Of a DNA stretch of 64,000 nucleotides, positions 1 to 11,482 are shown one piece after another; position 1 is the stretch's first letter, and each line of letters opens with the position of its first letter. This DNA is from Rhizaria sp. SCN 62-66 (taxonomy: Eukaryota), in NCBI GenBank assembly GCA_001724265.1, contig MEDY01000054.1, positions 62,001-126,000 on the forward strand. The letters are read 5' to 3'. Both the position numbers and the translations under genes were made by a program. The notes beneath the pieces were generated by a model that saw nothing but the letters and a program-made list of their open reading frames with translations, was not told the DNA's origin and searched no databases.

Positions 1-3000
1 GCCAAGTCAGACGTCTGGGCTCTGGGCATCGTGATTTACGAACTGTGCACCCTGAAACACCCGTTTGATGCGCAGTCAATCTCGGCGCTCGCGACCAAGA
101 TCCTTAAGGGCGTGTATGAGCCGGTACCGATGGCGTATTCGCGTAATATCAGGCTTTTGGTGAAGAAAATGCTCACGCTGGCGCCCGAGGGACGCCCCAC
201 CATCGGTACGTTTGCCGTATCACTCAAACAATGCCCTAACAAGAGCGACACACTGATTATCTGTTCTACACTACGCATTTCATCGTTCACTATTTCTTTA
301 ACACATATTTTTAAATCGACTTAAGACATGCCAACTCATTTATGATACTTTTCGTCGCTTATTTTTTGTTCTCGCGAAACTTCTCTAGCCGAGTTGCTGC
401 AAGTGCCGTTTGTCCGCGTCAAGGTGAATGACTACGTCACCGTGCTTTGCTACGAGCGTGCCAAGTGCCTCCACACCGCCATCGCCGACTGTCTCCCGCC
501 CGGCGCGCTGCTAGAGCGTGGCTTTGACCCCGACGCGCCCCCTCCGGCCGTCGCTCGTCCGGCCCCCGCCGCCTCATCATCGGACTCTGCTGCCCCAGCT
601 GCTTCGAGCGCGGCCGCGGCTGGAGGGCGTGCGAGTGTACGGGGGGTCGCCGGCCGCGGTGCCGCCGCACCCTCTGGCGCCGCCTCCGCCCGCCCTGCCG
701 CGGCTGCCGCCAACAGTGCCCATGCGGCCCACGCGTCGAACGCGGCAGCGGGCAGTGACGCGAACGGCCCGATCGCGTTCACAGGCGTTGTGAACGAGCA
801 CGAGTGGCTGTCCCTGATGCAGCAAATGCACCGGCTCGGCTTCGCCGACATTCAGAAGAACGCCCGCGCCACCATCGCGACGCACCTCACGACGTTCGCC
901 GCCGCGGCCGCCGCCGTGCAGCCCGCCGCCGCCGCCGCTGGGGCCGCCGCGCCCGTGTCCCCGCAGTACGACGCCGCAGCGCTCGCGGCGGCCGTGACGA
1001 ATCACGATGTGCCGCTGGGGACTGTGGGCGCGATGGTGGCGGCCGCTGGGCAAGCCTGGGCCGAGTCACTTGACCCCAGTGGCCCAACTTACAGTGACGC
1101 TGTGAGGCGAACTGGCGCGCTCCGCTCTGCTGACGTCAGCAATAGTGGCAGCGGCAGCGGGAAGTTGCAGTCGCGATCTCAGTCGCAACAACGGGGATCC
1201 GTTGCGTTTGGCGCTCCTTCTCATAACAGCAACAATGCCGTTGACTATGGGTACAGAGGCGACGCCACGGGCGCACTGGGCGGACATAGTAACGAGACGG
1301 GGGACACCATGACGAGTACGTACGAAGCCACCGTGGTCGCCGGAGTCGGTGTCGGCTTGGCGGCAGCGAGCCTCTTCCAAGGCAACAGCAACAACAACAA
1401 TAACAACGGGAATAATATCAATAATGTGAACAATGGTGGCGCCAGGGCGTCTGGCCCCGCTTTGCCCACCTCTAATGCCAACGTCAATGCTAGTAATGGT
1501 AACGGGGCTCCAGGCGCGTTGCCGCACCGGTCGCGTCTGATGCCTACGTCTTCCTCAGCCGCGTTGCTCCCTGCTGCCAATATCAATAATGGCAATGGCA
1601 ACGGCAACGGCAGTCTTGGGAGCGGGAATGGGGGTGTATTCGACTCCATGGATGACCTACCGGCTCAGCTCAACGGTATGCCATACTCTAACAACAATGG
1701 CGTTCACAACGGCAATGCTGGTAATAGCCCTGCGTATGGTGGTGCTGCTGGCTACGGCGGCGATGACCCTGACTACGGGGCAAACGCCTACAGAGCCGGT
1801 GGTTACGCGGCGTACGACGCCTACAGTCCCGCTGGTGCCAATATCAATATCATAAACAACAACGGCAATGACAACGGTAATGGCAGTGGCAGTGGCAGTG
1901 GTAGCGGTGGTTATGCTGGTTACGGCGGAAACTACGGTATCAACCCCGTGTCCGTCCCCGGAGTCGGCGCCACCGTCACCAGCAGTGACGCTCTGCCCCC
2001 CTCACAGGCACTGGCGGGTACGCCTGGGTCTCAGGGCTCACAGGTACCGAGTGCGTACGCGCGGTACGACAACAAGCCCGCCGCCGCCGGTCTGCGCCGT
2101 GCAGTCACAGGTTCCGCATCCGGCACTAACAATAACAATAACAACGGTGCAGGCGCAGTCAAGGTCGAGCGTCTGTGGCGCCGTTTGGAGGCCACGCTCG
2201 CCCGGCTAGGCGACCCTTCTCTCGCCCCAGACAGCAGCAGTAGCAACGGCAACGGCGATGGTGATGCTGCTGCTGACGCTGAAAACGATGCGAACAGCGG
2301 CAACGGGGACCCCGCGGCCGTCCAAGCCCGCCTCGAGGCCCTGCAAGCGCTGCTGCCTGCGGTTGAGATGGCCATGCAGACGCTCAACGTGCGCGCCGCC
2401 GACCGCAAGCAGGCCCGCGCCGCCGCCGGTCGTAAGGTGTCACACGGTAACGCACAGGCGCGCCGCGGCAGCAATGCCGCTGGCTCCGCCAACGCTGCTG
2501 CTGCTGCTGCTGCGGCGGCGGCGGGGCGGATTGGAGGCTACGACAGGTACGGTGCTGGCCGGCCCGGAGCCGCCGCCGCCGCCGCCATGCGCGCCCGCGG
2601 TGCCCAAAACAACCAGAATCAGAACCAGCAGATTCAAGTGGGTGGAGTTGCCGGCCAGGGTCAGGGGGGTCTGCGGGTCGCTGTGGCAGGCGCCGGTGTC
2701 CCCGGTGGGGGCAAGCCTCCTGTTGCCTCCGCCTCCAGCGGCTCTAATGGCAGCAACGGGGCTGCTCCGGTGAGGCGCCGCCCCGCGCCCGCCGCCGCCG
2801 TCGCCGGTCCCTCGTCCTCGTCAGTGCCCCCCGCCTCTGCCCGCACGCCCTCGTCTAGCAACGGTGCAGTGTTGAGGCGAGGCACCAGCGGTCTCTCTGC
2901 CCGCGGCCCCAGCCCATCCCCCGGCTTAAGCTCTGGCTCTGGCTCGGTGGCCGCCTCTCCTGTCGGAGGGATTGCAGGTGCTGTCATTTCCGGCCGCCCT

Positions 3001-3932
3001 CCCGCCGGCTCTGGCTCTGGCTCTGGTGCTTTGCGCACACCGAAAGCTGTTCGCGCCTCAGGCTCTGCCTCAGGCTCTGGCTCGGGCCCGAACGCGAGCT
3101 ATGGCGTTGTGGCCAAGACGAATGCAGCTTATGAGGCGGATGTTGCCGCTGTCAACGCTCTCTCTGGCGCCGGCAACGGGCGTGATAGCTCGCTCTCAAA
3201 CGACGACGACGACGTTAACGCCGGTGTTGACGACAGCGACGATGACGGCAACGACGGCGATACGAATGCTCAGTATAGCAACAACGGCGATGACAACGCT
3301 GATGCTGATGTCGACGATGACACTGCTGCTGCTGGCGCTGAGGCTGAGGCCGAAGACGAGGAAGATCCAGAGGAATCACTCGACCTTTCAGTCGCGGCCG
3401 ATTTGGATGAGCTATACCGGGAAATCCGCAGTCTTGGCCGCGGGCTTGGCATCGGCGGCGGCGGCAACACCGCAACTGTGACTGGTAATAGCAACAACAA
3501 CAACAACAGCAGCAGCAGCAGCAGCGGTGGCGTGAGCAATGCAGGTGTGCGACGTGCCACGACCAACTCCGTCATCAGAGTGCCCGCCGCAGCCCCCGCC
3601 GCCTCCGCTGCCGCTGCTGCTGCGGGTAATAGTGCTGTGGCGCAGAGAGCTCTGTCGCCGCAGCCGTCACAGTCGCCGCCGGCACAGCCTCTTCAGCAAC
3701 AGCAGCAGCAGCAACTTGAGCTCCTGCGCAAGAACAAGCTCCAGCGACACTCCTCGTCCACAGCATCTGCCGCGGGCGCCGCTGCGTTCTCTGCCGCCCA
3801 GGCCCAGATCCAGGCCCAGCAGCGGCAGCAACAGCAGCTGCAGCAGCAACAGTCTGGCAGCAGCAGTAGAAGCTCTCCGACGCGGACTACATCGCTGCTG
3901 CCACCGGCGCCTGCGCCGCCGCAGCAGCCACA

Positions 3933-3964
<32 letters not shown>

Positions 3965-5352
3965 AAGCCGGCCCCGCGGCGTCCCGTTCGTTGCGCTCTC
4001 CCGCCACACAGCAGGGCGGCGGCGTTCAAAGCAACAACAATGGCAATGCTAACGGCAACGTCGGTGGCTCGTTTAGCAGTCAGTTCTTTGGCAATGGCAA
4101 CGGCAACAACGGTCACAACGGCGCTCTGCGTGGCAGCAGCAGCGAACGCTTGCTGGCCCACTCCGCCCTCGTCTACCCCAGCGGCAGCGACTCTACTGCT
4201 GTCGCCGACGGCAGCGGCAACGGCGGCGGCGGTGGCGGCTACTACAGAGGCTCCTCTGGTGAGGCCAAGGACGGCGACGTCGACGTCAGCCGCGCCACAT
4301 CCCCCCAGAGCGCGCGCCAGCCCAGAAACGGCCCTGCCTCGACCAACGCTACTGCCAATGGTGGCGACGATTTGGCTCAGATTCGCGCCATCGCACAGTT
4401 CCACATCGGTCAGCTGGCGCTCTTGCGGGGCCGGATCGGGACTCAGCGCGCAGGCGCCACCCGCACGCCTCCGCTCTCTGGCGGCCCCGTCCTCGCCACA
4501 TCCTCCGCTCAGCAGGCAGGGCAGCAGCAGCAGCAGGGGGGCGGGTCTGGCGCTGTGGCATCGCTGCCCGGTGTCCGGGGCGCGGTCAGCTCGCAGCCCG
4601 GCTCGCAAGCCGGCTCGCAGTCGCACTCGCCCGCGCAGACGCAGGGAGGACTGCCGGCGCCTGCGCCCGTCAGCAAGTCGCAGGCGCAGCAGCCAGAGGG
4701 GGCACTGCTGCCCGCCCTTGCCGTGTATTCCTCCCAGTCCCAGTCTCAGGTGCAGTCGCTGTCCGTGTCGATCACTGCCCCGCCCGTCGTCATGGCCTTT
4801 GGCGGCAGCGCTGGCAGAAGCCATAACAACTCCCCACCTCTTGGCGCATCAGGCTCCGTCGCTGGCGGGTCTGGCGCTGGCGGCGGTGTCGCGTCGCCGT
4901 TCCCACTCTCAGACTACCACAAATTCCTCTACCACCGCTGCCTGTCGCTGCTCGGGAAGAAGACGTTCCTGTCTGCCTACACGTTCATCAAGCACGCGCG
5001 CCGGGGCCAGCCATCGGCCGCAGCGGCGGACTTGGTGATGCAGTCGCCGGCGGTCCAGGAGCATTTGACCGCGCTGATGGGGGCGGAGAACGCGACACTG
5101 TGGGGAGATGTTGAGGCACTCGTCCTCGCTGAGTTGCAACATGAGACCGAGCAACAACACCAGCAGCAACAGCAGCAGCAGTTGAGTCCCGACGATCACC
5201 AGCAGCAACAACAGGGTCAGGGACAACAGGGGGTTGCGACCCCGAGCGCGCCCAGCGGCCCGCCCGCTGCCAGCCGAACGGGGGCGCTCAGGGGGCTGCG
5301 GGAGCGGATGCTGCTGCAACAACAGCAAGCGCAGAAGCAACAAGTCGGCTAA
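1..5352 (+). CDS. NIMA-related (NEK family) Ser/Thr kinase, 5'-truncated; exons <1..205 and 389..5352
   Basis: Frame 1 from base 1 reads AKSDVWALGIVIYELCTLKHPFDAQSISALATKILKGVYEPVPMAYSRNIRLLVKKMLTLAPEGRPTI (kinase subdomains IX-XI, NEK-type). Splicing 206..388 restores RPTIAELLQVPFV. A long low-complexity tail follows, with a C-terminal island CLSLLGKKTFLSAYTFIK like that of some NEKs. Ends TAA 5350-5352, then AT-rich sequence. Confidence 0.9.
206..388 (+). other. Spliceosomal intron of NEK gene (183 nt, phase 1)
   Basis: GTACGT...TTCTCTAG, AT-rich; removal restores kinase subdomain XI in frame. Confidence 0.92.
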
Positions 5353-5728
5353 AGCGAGAGCTGAGACACAGAGACTATGCATTTGTTGTTATGTGCCGTC
5401 GCTCTCACAATTTTCGTGCAATATGTATACCGTGAACGCAATACACACATGATTTAAATTGGCTTACTTTCATTTGAATAAATATCATTTTGTGCGACAG
5501 TGAATTGATTGTTTGTTTTGTATTGATTTCGTCGTAGATTCAAGAACTTTAATAATAATAGAGTGTCCTTGACTTCGAAAGACGTTCATAAAACAAAACC
5601 TTTCTCTTTCATCTCGAATAAAAATAGATAACTACACGTTAAAATAAAGACGACTACTATAGTAATAATATTACAACCCACACTGCACTCTCACCATGAC
5701 GCGATTGACTGATATACTGTCAATATAT

Positions 5729-6607
5729 TTACTTGTCAGCAACAGGAGCAGCGGTGGCAGCGGCAGGAGCAGCAGCAGCGGCAGCGGCCGTGGCGGCGGC
5801 GGCGGCGGCGTCAGCGTTGACAGGGGGCCAAACGAGCGCCGACGGGTCATTGGGCGAGGGCATATACGGCATCATGTTGTCAAGCGGCGACGGGGGCATG
5901 ATGTCAGTGAGTCGGTCGGCCAGCTCTGGCACCGCGAGTTGGAGCGAGATAATCTCCCACTCCTGCGTCGACGGCAAGTACAGCGCCTGCGCGTGGAGCA
6001 CGCCGCTGCCCTTGCTGCCCTTGACCGGAATGCGCACCTTGGCCGAGTGGCGGTTGACTGTGCCGGTCCAGGGGCGGTAAAACACGCGGTCCAAGTCGGC
6101 ACCCACGTGTTCCTGCGCGAAGTCGGTCCGGCGCGCGGCCTCCACAACCTGGGGGTTCGGGGCAGGATAGTGGGTCACCCAGGAGTAGGCCTCGGATGCG
6201 ACAAAGCCGAGGAACGTGCCGATGATGATGTCGCCGATAAGCACGGCGCGAGGGCGCGTCTTAGACTCGGACTCGGAAGCACCAGCGCCAGCGCCGGCGC
6301 CCTCGTTGGACTTGGACTCGGACTTGGAGTCGTCCTTAGTCTTGGAAGACGCCTCCTCGGAGGACGAATCAGAGGCAGAGGCAGAGGCAGAGGCGGAGGC
6401 GGGCTTGGAGGCGGCAGTAAGCGGCACGGTTAGCGGCGTCAAGTCAGGGGTGGCCGGCAGAGCCTGTGCGGTTTGCATCGAGAAAACGCACTGGGGAGCA
6501 ATGAAGACGGCGGGGACGCGCTGTGTAGCGGTGAAGGAAGGAACCGCGGAGAGAAGGCCTGTGGCGCGGGGAACGCGGGCAGCTGCCTTGCTGAAAGCAC
6601 GAAGCAT
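5729..6607 (-). CDS. Mitochondrial inner-membrane protein, Coa1/Tim21-like (cytochrome c oxidase assembly factor)
   Basis: 292 aa. Arg/Ala-rich, acid-free N-terminus (MLRAFSKAAARVPRATG) like a mitochondrial presequence; one hydrophobic segment (AVLIGDIIIGTFLGFVA); then WTGTVNRHSAKVRIPVKGSKGSGVLHAQA...EWEIISLQLAV matching the Coa1/Tim21 pattern. Ends TAA. Confidence 0.7.
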   Translation of the reverse strand: MLRAFSKAAARVPRATGLLSAVPSFTATQRVPAVFIAPQCVFSMQTAQALPATPDLTPLTVPLTAASKPASASASASASDSSSEEASSKTKDDSKSESKSNEGAGAGAGASESESKTRPRAVLIGDIIIGTFLGFVASEAYSWVTHYPAPNPQVVEAARRTDFAQEHVGADLDRVFYRPWTGTVNRHSAKVRIPVKGSKGSGVLHAQALYLPSTQEWEIISLQLAVPELADRLTDIMPPSPLDNMMPYMPSPNDPSALVWPPVNADAAAAAATAAAAAAAPAAATAAPVADK

Positions 6608-7281
6608 TGCGGTTCTGCGGAAGTGGGTGTGGAGAGAAAGCGAACGGTGGGGTCAGCAGGGTTATGGTGAGACATGTAGATATTCTAATTTCATACGAGT
6701 AAATCATGTGCGTGTGTAATCTTGGTTATGCATGTGGCTCGGTTGTTGACGATCAGGTGACGACGATATAGTGTCATTTAATCCACGGTAAGGCCGGTCC
6801 GCTAGTTGGCCAAGGATGAGGGTGCTTGTCAGCGGCAACCTAAAGCATACTCTATCTGGGTCAAATGATCGTCAATAGACGCATGCTTGAAATATGTTGG
6901 TTTAAATACTGGTAACGATTGGAAAATTGTATCTACGTTGCACAGATGACGGTTCAATGCATATAACCCGTTTCTGGCTCGATCCAACGGGTGGCTTCGG
7001 AAGGGGTGATCTCACATCTGCATGTTTTTACCTGCAACACAAGATATTAAGATATTATGAAGTGCCCCATTTGATATACGGTAATTCACGCCACGCAAAA
7101 CATATTTAATCTGTATTTGCCTTCGTTTTTCTTAACACAGTGTGTTATTCCCTGCCTAGGGGTTTGCTCGCGCCTCGTTCGTCTCAGATACACCGTTCTG
7201 TGTGGCTGAGCGCTGCGAGTGCCCATAGCAGGTTCCACGACTGTCACTTGTTGCATGGCGTGCCGTACACATTGCGGGAAT

Positions 7282-10200
7282 ATGGCGAAGCTGTTATTGT
7301 TGGTTGCATTTGTTGTGTGCTTCATTGCGCAGGTCGTATCTGCGTACCCCTCCACGACCGCAGGAGCCTCGATTTCTGTCTCTGATGATGCGACGTCGTC
7401 ATCACAATACGCGGAGATCCGCCTGATTCACGCCAGTTCTCTCACCACTAAGCCTATCTGGCTTGAACTTGACGGCATCCGCCTGTTTGAGCCAACTGAA
7501 CTGCTCACAGTCACTTCTTTCCACCGCCTCACATGCACGCCTCATACTAGCGCAGCATCAAGTGTTGACGTTAACCGTCTGACCAGTGCCACCGCGGACC
7601 CCGCGGTCTGTGTTGAGATCAAGGCGCTGACTGTGTCTGGTGCCACATTGCCTGCAGAGCGTGCGCTCACCGTGTTTGTTGGCGGCCGATACACTGTTGT
7701 CCTTTACGATGCCATCGATAGCACAGATAAAAGCAATAATGTCACTACCGCTACCACTGGTGCGGCTGAGGCTGCGGCCGCAAGTGTGGGCGCAGTGCGC
7801 GTGCTGGCCGAGCTGCCTGGCGAGGATGGTGGGACTGAAAACACTCTCACGCCCGCTGGAGGTACCGTCGCTGCTTCGGGGCCACATGATACCGATTTAG
7901 TGCGATATGTACCCGCTAGTCCGTCGCCGTCGCAGCTTGCTATGAACAAGGCTACGCTCACAGTCATCACTCTCCCGGCTTTCGCACGCGATGAACTCAC
8001 TGTCACCACTGCAAGTGTGAGCACACGCGTCCATTCGATGAAGGCGCACAACGTCGATGCTTCTGCTACTGCTCCTGTGGCGATGACCGCCACCGCTGCT
8101 GCTGCTGCTGCTGCTGCTGCTGCAACTGTGAATGCTGCGGTTACGAGCAATGTGGGTGTGTATGTCGGCTCAGCTGACTGCGGCGGCGACTGCGCACTGC
8201 CCCTCTGGACGCCTCAGACCCTGATCACAGAGCTTTTTCCCAACGCGATCACACCTAAAATCACCGGCGCCAACACTCTCCACAAGAGCGTTCATCAGAA
8301 CACAAACATTGTATCGGACCCTGCTTTGTTCCCTGCGCCTCTGGCTCCAGGATCTTGGGCGCGCGGCGCTGTAGCGGCGTCGCGTGTCATCGGGCTCACT
8401 CTAGCCATTGCGCCCGCCGCTGTTTCTACCCCTGAGTCCGCAAAGGCTACCACTAGCGACCATGATGCTAGAAGTGCGGCGGCGGACAATGCGGAATCAT
8501 TCTCGTTCCTCCGTCCCTTTGCGCTCAACGCTCCCCGACTGGCCTCTGATGCGACCCTAGCTCCAGTTGTGAATGCCGGCGCCGCGCACTATTGGGCGCC
8601 CCGCAGCGCCCACACCGTCTTTGTTTTCGCACCACACACTGCCTCCTCTAAATTGCACATAGTCGACGGTGTGAGCGGCGTGAGCGCTTCAGTTGCAGAT
8701 GCGGCGGAAGAGGATCAAAGCAGCACGTGGGTGGTTACTGCTGACTCTGCAGGCGACTCTACAGCGGAAGAGTTCTCTCCCCTGTTGATTCCTATGCTCA
8801 CGGTAACTCTCCTCATCTTCCTCACCTGGCTACTCGAGCCCGCCGCCGCCAACGCCGCGACCGCCGCCGCCACCACAGCGCCTGTGAAAGAGCGTCTGCT
8901 CTCGCTGGACGTGTTGCGTGGTATCACACTTGCCGTGATGGTGTTTGTCAACGCCGGCGCCGCGGGATACGAGTGGCTTGAGCACGCACCGTGGTACGGA
9001 ACGCGCTTTGCGGACTATGTGTTCCCGTTCTTTGTCATGATGATGGGCGCGGCCGCTGCGCTAGGCACGTACCGTCCCGCCCGCGCTCCGACGCAAAGCG
9101 CTGCCGCTGATGCTGCCGCCGTGACCGACCCATCACAGCCTGCGCCTGCACCCGCGGCCACAGTCACCGTTACACTCGGCACAGCGCTATCGCTCCCGCG
9201 GCCCGCGCCGTCGGCCGCAACTGCATTCTCCTGCGCTGCGCTGCTCCCGCTGCTGCGCCGAGGACTTACACTGCTGCTCATCGGTCTTTTCCTCGCGAAT
9301 CCAGCCAAGTACCGCACGTTTCGGTTTGCAGGCGTGCTGCAGCGCTTTGCGATCGCGTACGTCGCGCTCGCAGTGATGCTCAAGTGGGTTGCGCCGGGGC
9401 CCATCCCGGCGCCGCCGCCACTGCCCGCAGCGACGCATCGCGCGCGGCCGCCGCGCGGGGACTGCGGTTGCGGATGTGAGTGCGACTGTGAGCACGATTT
9501 GTCCGCATTCTTCCCTCATGCGGCCCCATCTACTTCTGCTTCTACTTCTGCGTCTGTGTCGGGAGTCGTTGGTGGCACGACGGTGAGCGCAACAGTGCCT
9601 GCCGCTGCCACTGTTGCTGCCACTGCGCCTGCTGCTGCTGCTGCCGCTGCTGCTGCAGTGTGGGCGAGCATTGACGATGCACCGTTATGTCTCCCGCTGC
9701 CGATGCCTATGCTTGATCTGCTGGGAGGTAAGCCGCTTTCACTCTCACGTGGCCCTCCGCCACCAGATGCACTGCGCAATAACGAGGACGGTGGCGATGA
9801 GGAGTCAGGAGCTGTGAACGCTACCAAGGCTGCAAGGTTGCCTGCCGCCTCTGGTACTGGGTCACTCAACGACCCTCTGCTTCAATCACCGGCGGACTCA
9901 TCGTTCGCTGCCAAGGGTAGCGGCATCAGCGGTGCCGTCACGGTCACATTGCTTGACAGCGCTGGTGCAAAGCCCATTCGCGTGCTCACAGTCACCCGCT
10001 CAGACTGTCCGCACTGCAGCGCTCTCTCCGCTGGCACATCCTCATCCTCTTGCTGCACCGCTCTCACACGTGCAGCGCGGCTCTGCGCGCGTGCAGTCGC
10101 CCGCTCTTGCGCAGCGCTCCTGGCCGAGCTCTGGGCCTTCCGCTGGCAAGTCTTCGTCGCGCTAATCGTGCTCCCGTGCCTCTGGCTCGCACTGGCTTAC

Positions 10201-11046
10201 GTTGCCGCGCCCGCGCCCTGCCCGCGCGGCTACCTCGGCCCCGGCGGGCTGTGGGCCCATCGCGGCCGCTTCTACCCGCCGCTGCTCGCGAACCCCGCCA
10301 CGCCCGCCGCCGCCGCCGCCTCGGCGCCGCTGGTGGCGATGGACGCGGTGAGCCCCGCCGCACTGTGCACTGGCGGCGCTGTGAAGGCGATTGACGTTGC
10401 CGTTTTCACTGAGCAACACATCTTCCAGCACCCGACGTCCGAGGTTGTTTACGGCAGCCCGTCATTTGAGCCGGAGGGCGTGATGGGCTCGCTCACCACT
10501 GTCTCGAGCGCCTACATCGGCGTTATGCTCGGCCGCGTCGCCGTGTTCGCGCGCTCACACCGGGCCCGCATCGTGCGCTGGGCTGTCTACACCGTCGCGC
10601 TGCTGCTGCTCACCGCGCTTCTGCTTGTCGGTGGACGTGACGGCGCGCCCAGCGGCGCTGCGACGCGCGCCGGCGACGCAGAGCTCCTGCTCTGGGGCTG
10701 GCTCGACACGGCCGCCGGTGTGCTGGGCGGAGTCAGCAAGAACACCTGGTCCCCCGCGTTTGTCACGCTTGCTGGCGCGGTGTGCGCGGCGGCGCTGGCA
10801 TTGTGCTACGTCGTCGTCGACGCGGCGCGCGCGCTGTCGGGAAAGCCGTTCGTGTTTCTGGGAATGAACTCGATCGTGGTGTTTGTCGCGCACGGACTGC
10901 TGGCGTCGCGGTTTCCCTTTGCGTGGACGCTGTATGACTCACCGACGTCGAGGGTGGAGGTGGCGGCGCAGAATACACTTGCGGTGACGGCGATGGTTGC
11001 GCTCACGTGGGTGCTGTACAGGAAGAAGGTCTTTATCTCGGTGTGA
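7282..11046 (+). CDS. HGSNAT: Heparan-alpha-glucosaminide N-acetyltransferase-like membrane protein, single exon
   Basis: Signal peptide MAKLLLLVAFVVCFIAQVVSA from ATG 7282 (alternative ATG 7255). Motifs RLLSLDVLRG, MVFVN, HAPWYGTRFADYVFPFF (catalytic His retained), GVLQR, CPRGYLGPGG, FEPEG, SKNTWS, GMNSIVVFVAH, and C-terminal LYRKKVF. Ends TGA at the expected position. Confidence 0.92.
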   Translation: MAKLLLLVAFVVCFIAQVVSAYPSTTAGASISVSDDATSSSQYAEIRLIHASSLTTKPIWLELDGIRLFEPTELLTVTSFHRLTCTPHTSAASSVDVNRLTSATADPAVCVEIKALTVSGATLPAERALTVFVGGRYTVVLYDAIDSTDKSNNVTTATTGAAEAAAASVGAVRVLAELPGEDGGTENTLTPAGGTVAASGPHDTDLVRYVPASPSPSQLAMNKATLTVITLPAFARDELTVTTASVSTRVHSMKAHNVDASATAPVAMTATAAAAAAAAAATVNAAVTSNVGVYVGSADCGGDCALPLWTPQTLITELFPNAITPKITGANTLHKSVHQNTNIVSDPALFPAPLAPGSWARGAVAASRVIGLTLAIAPAAVSTPESAKATTSDHDARSAAADNAESFSFLRPFALNAPRLASDATLAPVVNAGAAHYWAPRSAHTVFVFAPHTASSKLHIVDGVSGVSASVADAAEEDQSSTWVVTADSAGDSTAEEFSPLLIPMLTVTLLIFLTWLLEPAAANAATAAATTAPVKERLLSLDVLRGITLAVMVFVNAGAAGYEWLEHAPWYGTRFADYVFPFFVMMMGAAAALGTYRPARAPTQSAAADAAAVTDPSQPAPAPAATVTVTLGTALSLPRPAPSAATAFSCAALLPLLRRGLTLLLIGLFLANPAKYRTFRFAGVLQRFAIAYVALAVMLKWVAPGPIPAPPPLPAATHRARPPRGDCGCGCECDCEHDLSAFFPHAAPSTSASTSASVSGVVGGTTVSATVPAAATVAATAPAAAAAAAAAVWASIDDAPLCLPLPMPMLDLLGGKPLSLSRGPPPPDALRNNEDGGDEESGAVNATKAARLPAASGTGSLNDPLLQSPADSSFAAKGSGISGAVTVTLLDSAGAKPIRVLTVTRSDCPHCSALSAGTSSSSCCTALTRAARLCARAVARSCAALLAELWAFRWQVFVALIVLPCLWLALAYVAAPAPCPRGYLGPGGLWAHRGRFYPPLLANPATPAAAAASAPLVAMDAVSPAALCTGGAVKAIDVAVFTEQHIFQHPTSEVVYGSPSFEPEGVMGSLTTVSSAYIGVMLGRVAVFARSHRARIVRWAVYTVALLLLTALLLVGGRDGAPSGAATRAGDAELLLWGWLDTAAGVLGGVSKNTWSPAFVTLAGAVCAAALALCYVVVDAARALSGKPFVFLGMNSIVVFVAHGLLASRFPFAWTLYDSPTSRVEVAAQNTLAVTAMVALTWVLYRKKVFISV

Positions 11047-11482
11047 GCAGATGTGAATATGATGTGAGCGGCAATGCAAGTATGTGTGAAGATGACCGAA
11101 GTCGAGTGTGCGTGGCCGTGGATGCGACTGTAGCTCTAATGAAGGTGGCCATACCTAAGAAGAAACATGCAACTGCTCCAATCGTTGTGACTACTGTTGC
11201 TCTTGCTGCGTGGGGGGTCAAAGAGAGAAACGGGGCTAAGTTGCAGGCTACTTAAGGTACTCTCGGCAGAATATGAGTCATTCATCAGCGTGGTCAAATT
11301 GCGAGAGCGTTCGTAGAATAATAAATATATTGTTTTATTACTGTCGAAATCGCATATTAACATGACATTTGAATGAAATCAGACATAAATTAGTGTCAAT
11401 TTGGCCCTGCACACACAAAGCAAGCACCGCAACATGTTCAGCTCAATAAAATAAGTTTCCTCAAATCACTCTGGCGTTTCGC

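Noticed and set aside
6720-7200. Search by eye of this and other intergenic spacers for a tRNA, including a CUA suppressor
   Set aside because: No convincing cloverleaf or T-loop found; needs tRNAscan-SE.
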